Positions 1-8,905 of a DNA stretch of 35,444 nucleotides are shown in pieces. The translations under genes were made by a program, and so were the position numbers. Positions within the stretch are counted from its first letter, which is position 1. The number at the start of each line of letters is the position of its first letter. The notes beneath the pieces are model-generated. The model worked only from the letters and a program-made list of their open reading frames with translations. It did no database searches and was not told where the DNA came from. The stretch lies in IMG/VR virus record IMGVR_UViG_3300002307_000013. One strand, 5' to 3'. Source of the stretch: a virus.

Positions 1-101
1 CCCCTTGCCCAGCCGATGTCAGCCCAGGAGAATGGAAGCGGAGACGGTTCTTTACAACCGAGGGATGATGACTGATGGGAGTAGAGACAATAATACGTTT
101 A
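1..101. repeat. Terminal direct repeat, identical to 35344-35444. This is either a circular-assembly overlap or a short terminal redundancy. Bases 1-74 duplicate the 3' end of CDS 34264-35418.
   Basis: Reading both ends: ccccttgcccagccgatgtcagcccagg...caataatacgttta occurs at 1-101 and again at 35344-35444. Confidence 0.95.
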
Positions 102-1430
102 AACCGATTTGTTCCACGACCGTATCAACTTCCCATTTTTGATGCGATAGAAAACAAAGGGTATAAGCGAGTTCTTGTCATACTGCCCCGACGTGCGGGA
201 AAAGACATTAGCGCATTCAACCTCGTCATTCGACAAGCGTTACGGAAGGTGGGGGTATATTACTATATATTCCCCACCTATTCCCAGGCGAAGAAGGTTA
301 TCTGGGATTCGATGACTAATGATGGCGACCGATTTTTAGACTATATCCCGCCTGAAATCATAGAGTCTAAAAACTCACAAGAGATGAAGATTCGCTTTAA
401 GAACGGCTCACTTATACAGCTTGTAGGGTCTGATAATTTCGATTCCCTTATGGGAACTAACCCGCGCGGGGTTGTTTTCTCAGAGTATGCATTACAGGAC
501 CCGCGTGCATACCAGTTTATACGCCCTATCTTGGTAGCAAATGACGGATGGGCGCTCTTCCTTTCGACACCACGGGGAAAGAATCATCTCTGGGAATTGT
601 ATAACATAGCGAAGGAATCTCCCCATTGGTTCTGTTTAAAGCTCACGATAGAAGATACAGAACACATCCCTCTTTATGAAATTGAGAAGGAGAAGGCTGA
701 GGGTATTATGTCCGATGATCTTATTCAGCAGGAATATTACACCTCATTCGAGCTCGGCGTTGAGGGTGCTTATTACACAAAATACCTTGATCGCATGAGA
801 ACGAAGGGACAGATTGGCGTCGTTCCTTGGGAGGCTGGGTTTAAAGTTCATACCGCTTGGGACTTGGGAGTTAGGGATTCTACGTGCATCATCTTCTTTC
901 AGACTATAGGCCAGACGGTTCGCATCATCGATTACTATGAGAAGAATAAAGAGGGGTTGGAACACTATGTTAAAGTTATCCAGAATAAGCCCTACTCCTA
1001 TGGCAAGCACATTGCCCCTCATGATATTAAGGTGAAAGAGTTTGGCACTGGCATGACTCGTCTTGAGAAAGCTCGACAGCTTGGAATATCATTCGTTATA
1101 GCGCCAGACCTGAGTGTTATTGATGGTATTGAGGCGGTAAGAAGTGTTCTAAGTAAGATATGGATAGATGAGAATGTGTGCATCCCTCTTATTAAGGCGC
1201 TTGAGAACTATCGCCAGGAGTTTGATGCTAAGAGGAAGGTGTATAAAGATCATCCTTTACATGATGTATGGAGCCATGCAGCCGATGCTATGCGCTATCT
1301 CGCTATATCTTTACCAAAGACGCGGGATGGTTCGAGCGCTCAGGATATTGAGAGGCGATATAATGAAGCGATTTATGGAGGCAATGCGAATATGCCGTCA
1401 GTTTTTCGAAGTGATATTCATGAGTATTAA
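75..1430 (+). CDS. terL: Terminase large subunit
   Basis: 451-aa ORF. It has a Walker A-like LPRRAGKD and a Walker B-like GVVFSEY. The C-terminal RNase-H-like nuclease motifs are AWDLGVRDST, HIAPHD and HAADAMRYL. Its start overlaps the stop of the upstream gene (TGATG), and the portal gene follows. Confidence 0.9.
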   Translation: MGVETIIRLNRFVPRPYQLPIFDAIENKGYKRVLVILPRRAGKDISAFNLVIRQALRKVGVYYYIFPTYSQAKKVIWDSMTNDGDRFLDYIPPEIIESKNSQEMKIRFKNGSLIQLVGSDNFDSLMGTNPRGVVFSEYALQDPRAYQFIRPILVANDGWALFLSTPRGKNHLWELYNIAKESPHWFCLKLTIEDTEHIPLYEIEKEKAEGIMSDDLIQQEYYTSFELGVEGAYYTKYLDRMRTKGQIGVVPWEAGFKVHTAWDLGVRDSTCIIFFQTIGQTVRIIDYYEKNKEGLEHYVKVIQNKPYSYGKHIAPHDIKVKEFGTGMTRLEKARQLGISFVIAPDLSVIDGIEAVRSVLSKIWIDENVCIPLIKALENYRQEFDAKRKVYKDHPLHDVWSHAADAMRYLAISLPKTRDGSSAQDIERRYNEAIYGGNANMPSVFRSDIHEY

Positions 1431-1639
1431 TGTATGAGGAGCTCGCCATCGATAATCTTAAAAACTTTCTCACCTTCAATGAAGTAGCGGAAATATTAGG
1501 CCTTTCTCACCATAAGCTTATTAATCTAGACCTTACTGGAAAACTTGTTCCCTTTGTCGATCCTAAAACTAAGAAGCGGTACTATGATCCAGAAAAGGTA
1601 GAGATAGTTCAGAAAAAGATTGTCTCTAAGCGAGCGTAG
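1430..1639 (+). CDS. Small helix-turn-helix DNA-binding protein (excisionase/MerR-like motif)
   Basis: 69-aa ORF coupled to the terL stop (TAATG). FLTFNEVAEILGLSHHKLINL reads as an HTH. Confidence 0.45.
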   Translation: MYEELAIDNLKNFLTFNEVAEILGLSHHKLINLDLTGKLVPFVDPKTKKRYYDPEKVEIVQKKIVSKRA

Positions 1640-1685
1640 TTGTAGCATAAGTCGAATCTCTCCTCCCTCTTATTGAGGATAAAGA

Positions 1686-3695
1686 ATGCTGTTTCCTCAG
1701 TTAGGCCCAACATATCTCAATGAGAACGATCGTTCAATCATCGCTCGCATGGAGTCTTTCTATGCGGAAAGTATAACGATTAATCAGAGTTTCTGGGCTG
1801 AGGCTGATACGGACACCAGGTTCCACGCAGGAGACCAGCAGCTTTGGTCAGACATATACGGAAACCTGAATGCAAATCGTCGTCGTATGTTCAACTTCAA
1901 TCGCATCCGCCGTGTCATTAATATGATAAGCGGGTATCAAAGAAGAAATCGGAAGTCGACCATTGTGGTTCCTGTTGAGAATGCTGACGCAGAGACTGCT
2001 GATCAATTCACTAAGATTATGATGTGGGTGGCCAACCAAGAAGGAATGCTCGAAACTATTTCCGAGTCTTTCGAAGGGTCGCTTGTTACTGGTATGAATC
2101 TTCTCCAGGTATGGGTCGATTACCGATCGGACCCCGTGTCTGGGAATATACGTGTGGACAACTGTTCATATAATAGCTTCCTTATCGACCCATACTTTCG
2201 CAAGATGGATCTTTCCGACTGTAATTCTATCTGGAAGCGCTCATTCCTTACTAAGAGAGAGGCGGTATCGCTTCTTCCTGAGTATCGCGATGAGATTCTT
2301 GCGCTTCCCGGTAATGATAATGGGTCAGGACGTGATGGTAAATTCCAGTTCATGCCTGAGTCATATAATTATGGTATGAAGAATCTTCTTACTTACGATG
2401 AATTTTACTACCGAGACTACCGCACCCAAAAGATGCTTGTCGATTCACAGACGGGCGAAACTATGGAGTGGAATGGTGATAATGACCGCCTTAGGCAGTT
2501 CATATCTCAATATCCTCAGGTATCAGTCATAGAGAGCGAAATTCCTACCGTTAAGCTCGCTATTGTGGTGCAGGGTAAAGTATTCTACGATGGTCCAAAC
2601 CCAATGGGCATAGACAAATATCCATTCGTTCCTGTTTTCAGCTATTATGCTCCACAAATGCCCTACTTTCCTATCAGGATTCAGGGAGTTGTGCGTGGTT
2701 TAAGGGATGCTCAATACTTATATAATAGGCGCCGGGTTATAGAGCTCGATATTCTTGAGAGCCAGATCAATTCAGGATGGATCTACAAGGAGAACGCGCT
2801 CGTTAATCCTAAGGATGTGTTCTTAAGTGGACAGGGTAGAGGTCTTGCGCTTAAAGAAGAGGCGCAGATGTCCGATGTTCAACAAATACAGCCGCCACAA
2901 GTTCCACCATCCATGATCCAACTTTCTGAGCTTTTAGCACGAGAGGTTCAAGAGATATCAGGAGTGAATGAGGAGCTACTTGGTAGCGCGTCTGATAGCA
3001 AAGCGGGCATTCTTTCAATGCTCCGACAAGGCGCTGGGCTTACTACTCTTCAGGTTCTTTTTGATAACCTCGATCAAGCGCAAAAGCTTCTCGGAAAGCT
3101 TCTTATTAGCATTATTCAGGCCAACTTTACTCCTGGTAAGGTTCAAAAGATACTCGAAGGAGAGCAGCCTGCTCCTCAATTCTATAATAAAGCTTTCGGT
3201 AAGTACGATGCCGCTGTTGAAGAGGGTCTTAATACCGGAACTCAGAAGCAGATGTACTTCGCACAACTTCTCCAACTGAGAGAGGCGGGAATCCCTATCC
3301 CTAATGATGTGATTATAGAGGCTGCAACGCTTCAGAATAAGAAGAAACTTATCGAATCAATGCAACAGGCTGAACAGCAACAGGCTCAAGTTGCTCAGTC
3401 TCAGATGGAATCTCAAATGCAGGAGCAGCAGGCTCGCACAGAACTTGCTCAAGCGCGTGCTGTAGCAGATCGCGGGCTTGGTATTGAGCGCGCAAGTAGA
3501 GTTCAAGAAAATCAGGCGCTCGCTGTAGAACGTCGTGCAGAGGCTGAAAAGGATCGTGATATGGCAGTGCTCAACTTAGCAAGGGCTCTCAAGGAGCTTG
3601 AGGGAGTTGACCTAGACAATATCATGAAGCTTGCTACGCTTGCTCGGGTTGTCTCAAGTAAAGAGCTCCAACCTCAAGAACAAAACGTACAGTAA
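1686..3695 (+). CDS. Portal protein
   Basis: 669-aa ORF immediately after terL, with a GAGGA SD. Its size, position and Gln/Ala-rich C-terminal coiled coil (QQAEQQQAQVAQSQMESQMQEQQARTELAQARA) are typical of podovirus portals. Confidence 0.8.
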   Translation: MLFPQLGPTYLNENDRSIIARMESFYAESITINQSFWAEADTDTRFHAGDQQLWSDIYGNLNANRRRMFNFNRIRRVINMISGYQRRNRKSTIVVPVENADAETADQFTKIMMWVANQEGMLETISESFEGSLVTGMNLLQVWVDYRSDPVSGNIRVDNCSYNSFLIDPYFRKMDLSDCNSIWKRSFLTKREAVSLLPEYRDEILALPGNDNGSGRDGKFQFMPESYNYGMKNLLTYDEFYYRDYRTQKMLVDSQTGETMEWNGDNDRLRQFISQYPQVSVIESEIPTVKLAIVVQGKVFYDGPNPMGIDKYPFVPVFSYYAPQMPYFPIRIQGVVRGLRDAQYLYNRRRVIELDILESQINSGWIYKENALVNPKDVFLSGQGRGLALKEEAQMSDVQQIQPPQVPPSMIQLSELLAREVQEISGVNEELLGSASDSKAGILSMLRQGAGLTTLQVLFDNLDQAQKLLGKLLISIIQANFTPGKVQKILEGEQPAPQFYNKAFGKYDAAVEEGLNTGTQKQMYFAQLLQLREAGIPIPNDVIIEAATLQNKKKLIESMQQAEQQQAQVAQSQMESQMQEQQARTELAQARAVADRGLGIERASRVQENQALAVERRAEAEKDRDMAVLNLARALKELEGVDLDNIMKLATLARVVSSKELQPQEQNVQ

Positions 3696-3710
3696 GCTTA
3701 CGAGGCGCTC

Positions 3711-3935
3711 ATGAAATCCTATCTCCCCATTCTATTGGTATGCTCGTTTTCTCTTATGGGTAATGATGCACAACCGATTCCTGTAGAAAAATCATCAATA
3801 GATTTTAGAGATCCAGAGGATAACTCTTTAAATAATAGCGTCGTATACTTCATCCTTTTCTGTGTCTTAATATACGTGTGCTCAGAGAGGGACCAGGTCC
3901 ATCCATTCGGCGTCGGGTTCTATTTTGATGTATAA
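3711..3935 (+). CDS. Small secreted or membrane protein, function unknown
   Basis: 74 aa. It has a signal-peptide-like N-terminus (MKSYLPILLVCSFSLMG) and a second hydrophobic segment (VVYFILFCVLIYV). A GAGG SD lies upstream. Confidence 0.5.
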   Translation: MKSYLPILLVCSFSLMGNDAQPIPVEKSSIDFRDPEDNSLNNSVVYFILFCVLIYVCSERDQVHPFGVGFYFDV

Positions 3936-4016
3936 ATATTTCTGATAAAGTATATGAATATTTTTATACATATGATATAATTCTCATAAGAGCGGTTGGG
4001 ATTAGGGGGGAATAAT

Positions 4017-4379
4017 ATGGACGCGACGCTTATGGCATTACTTGCCGCAGCGCTGGGAGGTGTTGGTGGTGCTTCTGTTTCTGAAGTGAGAAATCATTAT
4101 AAGATTCAGAAGATTGTTGCGGCTCACGATCAAGTGGTCGAGGAGTTTAATAAAAGAGAAGATGAGGATGAGAAGACGAAGAATCTCTGCATTCTTCTTG
4201 CACAATCGTTCCCAACGAGTGAGAGTGTTCGTCAGCTTGGCGATAGCCTTGAGCGCATACAGAATGGTGCTGATGCATTAGCCCGTATCGATAAATATCG
4301 TAGAAGTATTTCGGCAAATTCCCTCCACGTACTCGTTTCTCATATAAATCAGCAGAACGCTCAAAAGAAGAATTCATAA
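4017..4379 (+). CDS. Hypothetical protein with an N-terminal TM helix and a charged helical C-terminus
   Basis: The track ORF starts at TTG 3996. I prefer ATG 4017 because it is preceded by a GGGGGGA SD. The TM segment is LMALLAAALGGVGGASV. A TATAAT box sits about 35 nt upstream. Confidence 0.6.
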   Translation: MDATLMALLAAALGGVGGASVSEVRNHYKIQKIVAAHDQVVEEFNKREDEDEKTKNLCILLAQSFPTSESVRQLGDSLERIQNGADALARIDKYRRSISANSLHVLVSHINQQNAQKKNS

Positions 4380-4502
4380 AACTCTTGTGTAGCAAAGTGG
4401 GACTCATCTACATTAGTACTGTCCTAGCGCATCAGCGGTAGGTAGTTAGAGGTTTTCCCTTGCAGCGGAAATTCCGTATGCAGTTTCTACCAGGAGAGCA
4501 TC

Positions 4503-4760
4503 ATGGCAAAAAAACGTTACCACGAAGGTTACTACGAAGGCATGGATGCCCGTCGTCGCCAAGAAATGGAAGATTCAGGAATGATCCATGAAGATCACCG
4601 AGCAATCGCAAATCTTCCTCAGGAAGTAAAAATTGCACCGTATCCAAAAACAGGACCATACATCCCAGAAGTTCTTGATGATACCATTAGTGGTGTAGAT
4701 ATGCAGATGGATGGCGATGATAAAAAACGTCGTGAGCACTTTAAGCCTAAAAAGGTGTAA
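4503..4760 (+). CDS. Hypothetical small protein (YHEGYYEG...MIHEDxxAIANLPQ motif), paralogous to 4921-5091
   Basis: 85-aa ORF with an AGGAGAG SD. It shares the block D-x-RR-x-QE-xx-DS-x-MI-xx-D-xx-A-x-AN-x-P...PK with the next-but-one ORF. Confidence 0.65.
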   Translation: MAKKRYHEGYYEGMDARRRQEMEDSGMIHEDHRAIANLPQEVKIAPYPKTGPYIPEVLDDTISGVDMQMDGDDKKRREHFKPKKV

Positions 4761-4912
4761 TGATGCCGTCGATGCCAAGAGTTCCTGGAAAGGGAAAGAA
4801 GATCGCTTACAAGCTGCTTGGTATTCCTGCCAATATAGCCGCTAAGCAGACTCCTTCTCAAAAGGAAGCTGATCAACGGCTTACCTTCCAGCAGACTGCT
4901 CGATCTAAATAG
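4760..4912 (+). CDS. Small basic hypothetical protein (50 aa, below the ORF-track cutoff)
   Basis: ATG overlaps the upstream stop (TAATG). Translation: MMPSMPRVPGKGKKIAYKLLGIPANIAAKQTPSQKEADQRLTFQQTARSK. Confidence 0.4.
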   Translation: MMPSMPRVPGKGKKIAYKLLGIPANIAAKQTPSQKEADQRLTFQQTARSK

Positions 4913-4920
4913 GAGCGCCT

Positions 4921-5091
4921 ATGTTCTTTTATGATTCAAAAATAGATCCGCGTCGAGCTCAAGAGAAACGCGATAGCCTCATGATAGAGCCTGACAAAAC
5001 AGCGATGGCTAACTGCCCGCGCCAGGCAATACATCATGAGTGGCCAAAGCTTATCTATAACCCCCACATTATTGATCAAGGAATTGATTAA
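4921..5091 (+). CDS. Small hypothetical protein (56 aa), paralogue of 4503-4760
   Basis: AGGAG SD 6 nt upstream. Translation: MFFYDSKIDPRRAQEKRDSLMIEPDKTAMANCPRQAIHHEWPKLIYNPHIIDQGID, which aligns with 4503-4760. Confidence 0.5.
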   Translation: MFFYDSKIDPRRAQEKRDSLMIEPDKTAMANCPRQAIHHEWPKLIYNPHIIDQGID

Positions 5092-5092
5092 C

Positions 5093-5329
5093 ATGGCAAA
5101 ATGTAGCAAATGCTCAAAGATGATGGAAAAGGAAGTCTCTCGAGACGAGAAGCTCTCTAAAGTCACTACCCACAAAGGTAAGGGCAAGGTTGAAAAAGTT
5201 ATGAAGGAGTTCAAAAAGGATGAACTTCATAGCGGAAGCAAAAAGGGACCTCTTGTTAAGAATCCTAAGCAAGCCATCGCCATAGCTTTAAGTGAGGGTC
5301 GCAAGGCTCAGAAGCGGCGTAAAAAATAA
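5093..5329 (+). CDS. Small Lys-rich protein, DUF6496-like
   Basis: I prefer ATG 5093 (MAKCSKCSK...) over the track start at 5036, which would overlap the preceding ORF. From memory, the motif KVMKEFKKDELHSGSKKG...KQAIAIALSEGRKA matches the KQAIAIALSEAR signature of that family. Confidence 0.6.
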   Translation: MAKCSKCSKMMEKEVSRDEKLSKVTTHKGKGKVEKVMKEFKKDELHSGSKKGPLVKNPKQAIAIALSEGRKAQKRRKK

Positions 5330-5371
5330 TAATTATCCTCTCGGGAGCCTGCTAACTCCCTAGTCCCCACA

Positions 5372-5404
5372 CCCCTGGATTTCCCTCATCATGAGATCCA
5401 GGGG
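5372..5404. terminator. Bidirectional hairpin terminator between convergent genes
   Basis: A perfect 9-bp stem, CCCCTGGAT (5372-5380) / ATCCAGGGG (5396-5404), with a 15-nt loop. It lies between the + gene ending at 5329 and the - gene ending at 5411. Confidence 0.6.
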
Positions 5405-5410
5405 CTGTCC

Positions 5411-5998
5411 TTATGAAATCTCTGGGAGCTCTTTAGTGGGGAATTTAAAAAATGAGAGTGATTTAGTTTCATGAAACCTCTCAACACTCCATCCCAATTC
5501 GTACTGATACATCTCTATAATATCCTTACTCGTCTGCTTTTCTAGACCAAGAATCGATTCTAGGTGTTGAATTGCATACTCTCGAGACGATTCTAGGATG
5601 ATGAGTGGGTAAAGTCCGGGCCACCACTCTATAAAGACGCGAGTATCAGGAGTATCTATTCCTTTTACCATCCACAATTCTCGATAGAATTCCTTAATTT
5701 GTCCGCCACTTAAGTTGAGACGGTCAAATATTTGAGAAAAATCGCGCGAAAACGATCCCCTTAAGGTGAGCGTAGAAGTCGATTTTCCATCGAAATCCTT
5801 CTCATTATTCATGCTCTCTGACGTAACAATCGTCTTTCCAGTGCCTTCTTCAATCTTTAAACATGCCTTCTTGCCTTCTGTGAAGTACTCAATAAAACAG
5901 AAGTGCGACTTTCTTAAGAGTCGAGTGGCATTGATAGCAGTAAGTCTTTTACGAACTTCTTTTGTGCAGATGGGGTAATATCGCGCCTTGTAGTACAT
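5411..5998 (-). CDS. Hypothetical protein (195 aa)
   Basis: Long - strand ORF with an AT-rich promoter-like region upstream (TATAAT near 6030-6040). It shows only a weak, uncertain resemblance to a CYTH-like fold (LWMVKG...VFIEWWPGLYPLIILES), and the EXEXK catalytic motif is absent. Confidence 0.55.
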   Translation of the reverse strand: MYYKARYYPICTKEVRKRLTAINATRLLRKSHFCFIEYFTEGKKACLKIEEGTGKTIVTSESMNNEKDFDGKSTSTLTLRGSFSRDFSQIFDRLNLSGGQIKEFYRELWMVKGIDTPDTRVFIEWWPGLYPLIILESSREYAIQHLESILGLEKQTSKDIIEMYQYELGWSVERFHETKSLSFFKFPTKELPEIS

Positions 5999-6083
5999 AT
6001 CTCTCCAAATAGATGTAAGTTTGAAATTATTATAATGTTATATTTCTCCACAATCCTTCGATTTGAGCTAGAAGTGCTTAAAA

Positions 6084-6920
6084 ATGTCCTGTATACTACA
6101 TGGCATGTTGAGTCAGGGAATTCAACATATGAAGCAGTGTCATCCCTTAATGCATGGAGTTTTTGTGAAAAAGCTTTTAATATCGATGTTATTTTTATAT
6201 TCACCAGTCTACTTATGCGGTTCATCTCATATGATCGATCCCGTATACCTCAGAAAGTCGAGAGCGCTGAGTTCACAGCAAGCTGAGGAAAGAACAATTA
6301 TCAATCTTTCACATGCTGCTCCTCGTAGTATTTGGTCTTCCCATACTATGCGCGATGTTGCTCTGTATCATGGTTCGAAGGGGTTTGCGGTTCATGAAGG
6401 AAGTGAAGTGTATGCCATTAATTACCATGATCAGGATGAGATGTCTCGTAAGATAAATATGGGCAATTTGTTAGGGTTCTTAAATTCTGGTGGTCGTATC
6501 TTTGTTTCCCGCGCTAACGATGGATCCTTTCTTATGAAAGCATCAATTGGAGCTCCTGGAGGTGGGCCTATATTAGCAAATATTATGTGTTATGGAACGT
6601 TCTTGTTAGGAGGATGCCTTCCAATACTACTTCCGAACTTTGTCTTGAATTCTTATATTTCCAGATCTGCTATTCTTAAATCATATTCCGTCTATCTAGA
6701 GTCATTGTCCTTGCAGGACTGTCAGATGGGCCATCCTGAGGCTGCTGAATGGGTTACATCAGTGATAACTTTGTCGACATCCATAGCTGGATATGCCGTA
6801 GTTTTAAATAAGTATCCACACGCTTTATCAAATTACTATAGAAAATTAATAAGAATTGCGGATATGGCATACACCAAGGGTCTCTTAATGAGATTTCCAG
6901 GAGATGAAGTCACAGCTTAG
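6084..6920 (+). CDS. Hypothetical membrane protein, true start uncertain
   Basis: Long ORF with hydrophobic segments PILANIMCYGTFLLGGCLPILLPNFVL and VTSVITLSTSIAGYAVVL. No candidate ATG has a convincing SD, and the 5' ~200 nt overlap other ORFs and promoter-like sequence. Confidence 0.45.
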   Translation: MSCILHGMLSQGIQHMKQCHPLMHGVFVKKLLISMLFLYSPVYLCGSSHMIDPVYLRKSRALSSQQAEERTIINLSHAAPRSIWSSHTMRDVALYHGSKGFAVHEGSEVYAINYHDQDEMSRKINMGNLLGFLNSGGRIFVSRANDGSFLMKASIGAPGGGPILANIMCYGTFLLGGCLPILLPNFVLNSYISRSAILKSYSVYLESLSLQDCQMGHPEAAEWVTSVITLSTSIAGYAVVLNKYPHALSNYYRKLIRIADMAYTKGLLMRFPGDEVTA

Positions 6921-6950
6921 AATTAGTATTTATACCCGTAGGAGATATGC

Positions 6951-7346
6951 GTGAATATTTTGAAATATATGATCATATTGTCGATCGGGCAGTCTTTTGG
7001 GCAACATATTCGAGCAGAAGCTATTTCTGCAAACTTACTATATGGACTCACCTATGCAACTATGTATGGAGTTGCTGGTACATTGAATATTTTCCTTGAT
7101 GTGCATCAAAGCTATAGGGCTTGGAGTTGGGGGTTGATAATTGTTAAAAGTTCTATAAGGACCGTTGATCCTATGACACCTACCCAGATAATGTCAGAAG
7201 CGTCTTTGGACTTTGCGAAATTTTTCTTATCATTTCAAGCTCATACGCTATACGAGAGAAAGATTTGGGAGCCTTTAAGAGATACATATATTCCGAAATG
7301 TGCGGATAAAATGTATGAATGGGGAATGAGGATTCCGCGCATTTGA
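6951..7346 (+). CDS. Hypothetical membrane protein (131 aa)
   Basis: GTG start 5 nt after an AGGAGA SD. Hydrophobic segments are MIILSIG and LLYGLTYATMYGVAGTLNIFL. Confidence 0.5.
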   Translation: MNILKYMIILSIGQSFGQHIRAEAISANLLYGLTYATMYGVAGTLNIFLDVHQSYRAWSWGLIIVKSSIRTVDPMTPTQIMSEASLDFAKFFLSFQAHTLYERKIWEPLRDTYIPKCADKMYEWGMRIPRI

Positions 7347-7460
7347 TATTTTTGGCTGAGGGAGCCAAAGTGAGGGGTAGTGGAACTGGTTATTTTATAT
7401 TAGCTACTGACTGATTTTAATCCAGTTACACTGCCCCTTATATAGACAAAGAGGTGCTAT

Positions 7461-7616
7461 ATGTTGAGCGAAGATATCGTATTATCGGGGACGTTCCTAC
7501 TTATTGGATTGCTTTTGGGTATTATAGGAACAACCATATACTTTTCACCTCAAAAATCTTTTGAGAGAGGCGGAGTGTACTCTCTTCGGGGAGCTACGCT
7601 AGGAATTGGCGTCTAA
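7461..7616 (+). CDS. Small single-TM protein (51 aa, below the ORF-track cutoff)
   Basis: AAGAGGTG SD upstream. Translation: MLSEDIVLSGTFLLIGLLLGIIGTTIYFSPQKSFERGGVYSLRGATLGIGV. Confidence 0.5.
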   Translation: MLSEDIVLSGTFLLIGLLLGIIGTTIYFSPQKSFERGGVYSLRGATLGIGV

Positions 7617-7648
7617 TAAGATTTGTTATGCTCTGCAGGGGGTGATTT

Positions 7649-7990
7649 ATGGAACTTTCATGGATAAAGCTTGATAAATGCGAGACAATTGCCCTAAGGC
7701 CCGGGTTTAGGGAATCAAAATCTCCTTGGCGCCGTAAAAAAATAACGTATTACTACCATACAGTTATAATACTTTTGCGGGGTGGAGAATTAGGAATAAC
7801 CAATGCTCGTTGGGGTGGAGAGAGCCCAGAGTCTGCTGTATGGGAAGGATTTCAGTTCCCAATGAGAAGTTTTCCATGGGGTCTTCGATTTACAAGGAGA
7901 GGTAAATCAGATCAGCCTGTTGGATGGATGTATTGGGAGGATCTTAAGAATGCGCTTCCACTATGGAATGAATCACAATCCACTTTCTGA
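7649..7990 (+). CDS. Hypothetical Trp/Arg-rich protein (113 aa)
   Basis: ORF with a GGGGGTG SD. I recognised no motif. Confidence 0.55.
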   Translation: MELSWIKLDKCETIALRPGFRESKSPWRRKKITYYYHTVIILLRGGELGITNARWGGESPESAVWEGFQFPMRSFPWGLRFTRRGKSDQPVGWMYWEDLKNALPLWNESQSTF

Positions 7991-8102
7991 TAAGATTTGT
8001 TATGTATTAATGATTTGAATGATAGACGCATGAGGATAGTCCAGTATTTGTTGATATTTTTATTTGTATGTTCGGTAATCGAATACTTACTAGAAGGAAA
8101 TT

Positions 8103-8258
8103 ATGAGACCAGAACACCTATTTTATAGCCTTGGCATACTATATTTTGCTACTGGATCCATGTATTTTGCTAAACAGCTGGGGGAGATTTCTCGATATGC
8201 TGCGTGTATATCAGTATCCCTGTCGTGTCTATATTTTATGTGGGAAAGTAATGGTTGA
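8103..8258 (+). CDS. Small 2-TM protein (51 aa, below the ORF-track cutoff)
   Basis: GAAGGA SD 4 nt upstream. Translation: MRPEHLFYSLGILYFATGSMYFAKQLGEISRYAACISVSLSCLYFMWESNG. Confidence 0.4.
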   Translation: MRPEHLFYSLGILYFATGSMYFAKQLGEISRYAACISVSLSCLYFMWESNG

Positions 8259-8620
8259 CGTACATTTTATAAGAAGGACGAGGCTTAGGCAGTCAATGGC
8301 ATGAATCACAATGAACTTAAGGGGCCAGTCGTTATCACTTGGAAGCCTTTTACCATGCATCCAATTCTTTGTGCCGGCGACAAAGTTTTTATAAAGGATG
8401 GATGATGTCTTCTTGAGGTCGCTATAAGATTGGAAAGCGATATAGAGAGAATGCACGCCCAATTTCTGATAATGTTAATTATGTACTGTTATGACCGACT
8501 AGATTTATAAAAATACGCTCAGTATATTGTAAGCGCATGGTTTGCACACAGTTAACATGCATGTCCCACATGCTATTCATACCTTTCCTTCCACGAGAGG
8601 ATTTTGGATAGTGTGTGGGC

Positions 8621-8905
8621 TTATCTTTTTTGAACCAATGATTTAAGAGCGCCTAAGATACGCCGCCATCCCGAGGGCTGTATGAAAAGCGCCTCAGATT
8701 CTTGGAGAGCATCTTCAAGGCTTATTTGATCAACATCCTGCTCAAGAAGGCCTTGTACATGGTCGCGGTTCCAAGAGGCCCCCTGTTCATAGGATCTTTT
8801 ACTCTGAGCGAGTGGTTGAGTTGGGGTCGGCACTGGCCGATCTTCTGATGATACGAGCGCGATGGTTGAGAGTAAGGAAAGGGAGAGTGTCTTCATAGCA
8901 TTCAC
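8621..8905 (-). CDS. Small secreted protein (94 aa)
   Basis: Signal-peptide-like N-terminus (MNAMKTLSLSLLSTIALVSS). Its start overlaps the stop of the upstream - strand gene by 4 nt. Confidence 0.6.
   Translation of the reverse strand: MNAMKTLSLSLLSTIALVSSEDRPVPTPTQPLAQSKRSYEQGASWNRDHVQGLLEQDVDQISLEDALQESEALFIQPSGWRRILGALKSLVQKR

Noticed and set aside
5411-5998. CYTH / class IV adenylate-cyclase-like assignment for the 195-aa - strand protein
   Set aside because: Only a loose resemblance exists (LWMVKG, VFIEWWPGLYPLIILES). The N-terminal EXEXK catalytic signature is absent. I kept it as hypothetical.
5914-6286. Overlapping ORFs 5914-6225 (-) and 6035-6286 (+) in the region upstream of 5411-5998
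   Set aside because: The region is AT-rich and promoter-like, with TATAAT on both strands near 6030-6040. The ORFs overlap each other and the 5' end of 6084-6920, and none has an SD.
6084-7346. Chlamydial Inc-like (bilobed hydrophobic domain) effectors, which would imply an intracellular-bacterium host
   Set aside because: The hydrophobic stretches are too short or too widely spaced to be a clear bilobed domain, and no other host-specific signal could be read from the sequence. This is speculation only and was not used for any call.
7374-7437. A possible tRNA. GGGGTAGTG...CACTGCCCC looks like an acceptor stem.
   Set aside because: The inner pairing (AACTGG 7384-89 / CCAGTT 7422-27) extends it into one long hairpin with a 32-nt AT-rich loop. 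There is no D, anticodon or T-arm cloverleaf and no GTTCRA T-loop. It is probably a terminator or structured spacer after 6951-7346.
8229-8462. A 77-aa - strand ORF with a TTG start
   Set aside because: It has a non-ATG start without an SD, overlaps the better-supported + strand mini-ORF 8103-8258, and has no motif. I could not decide from sequence alone and left it unannotated.
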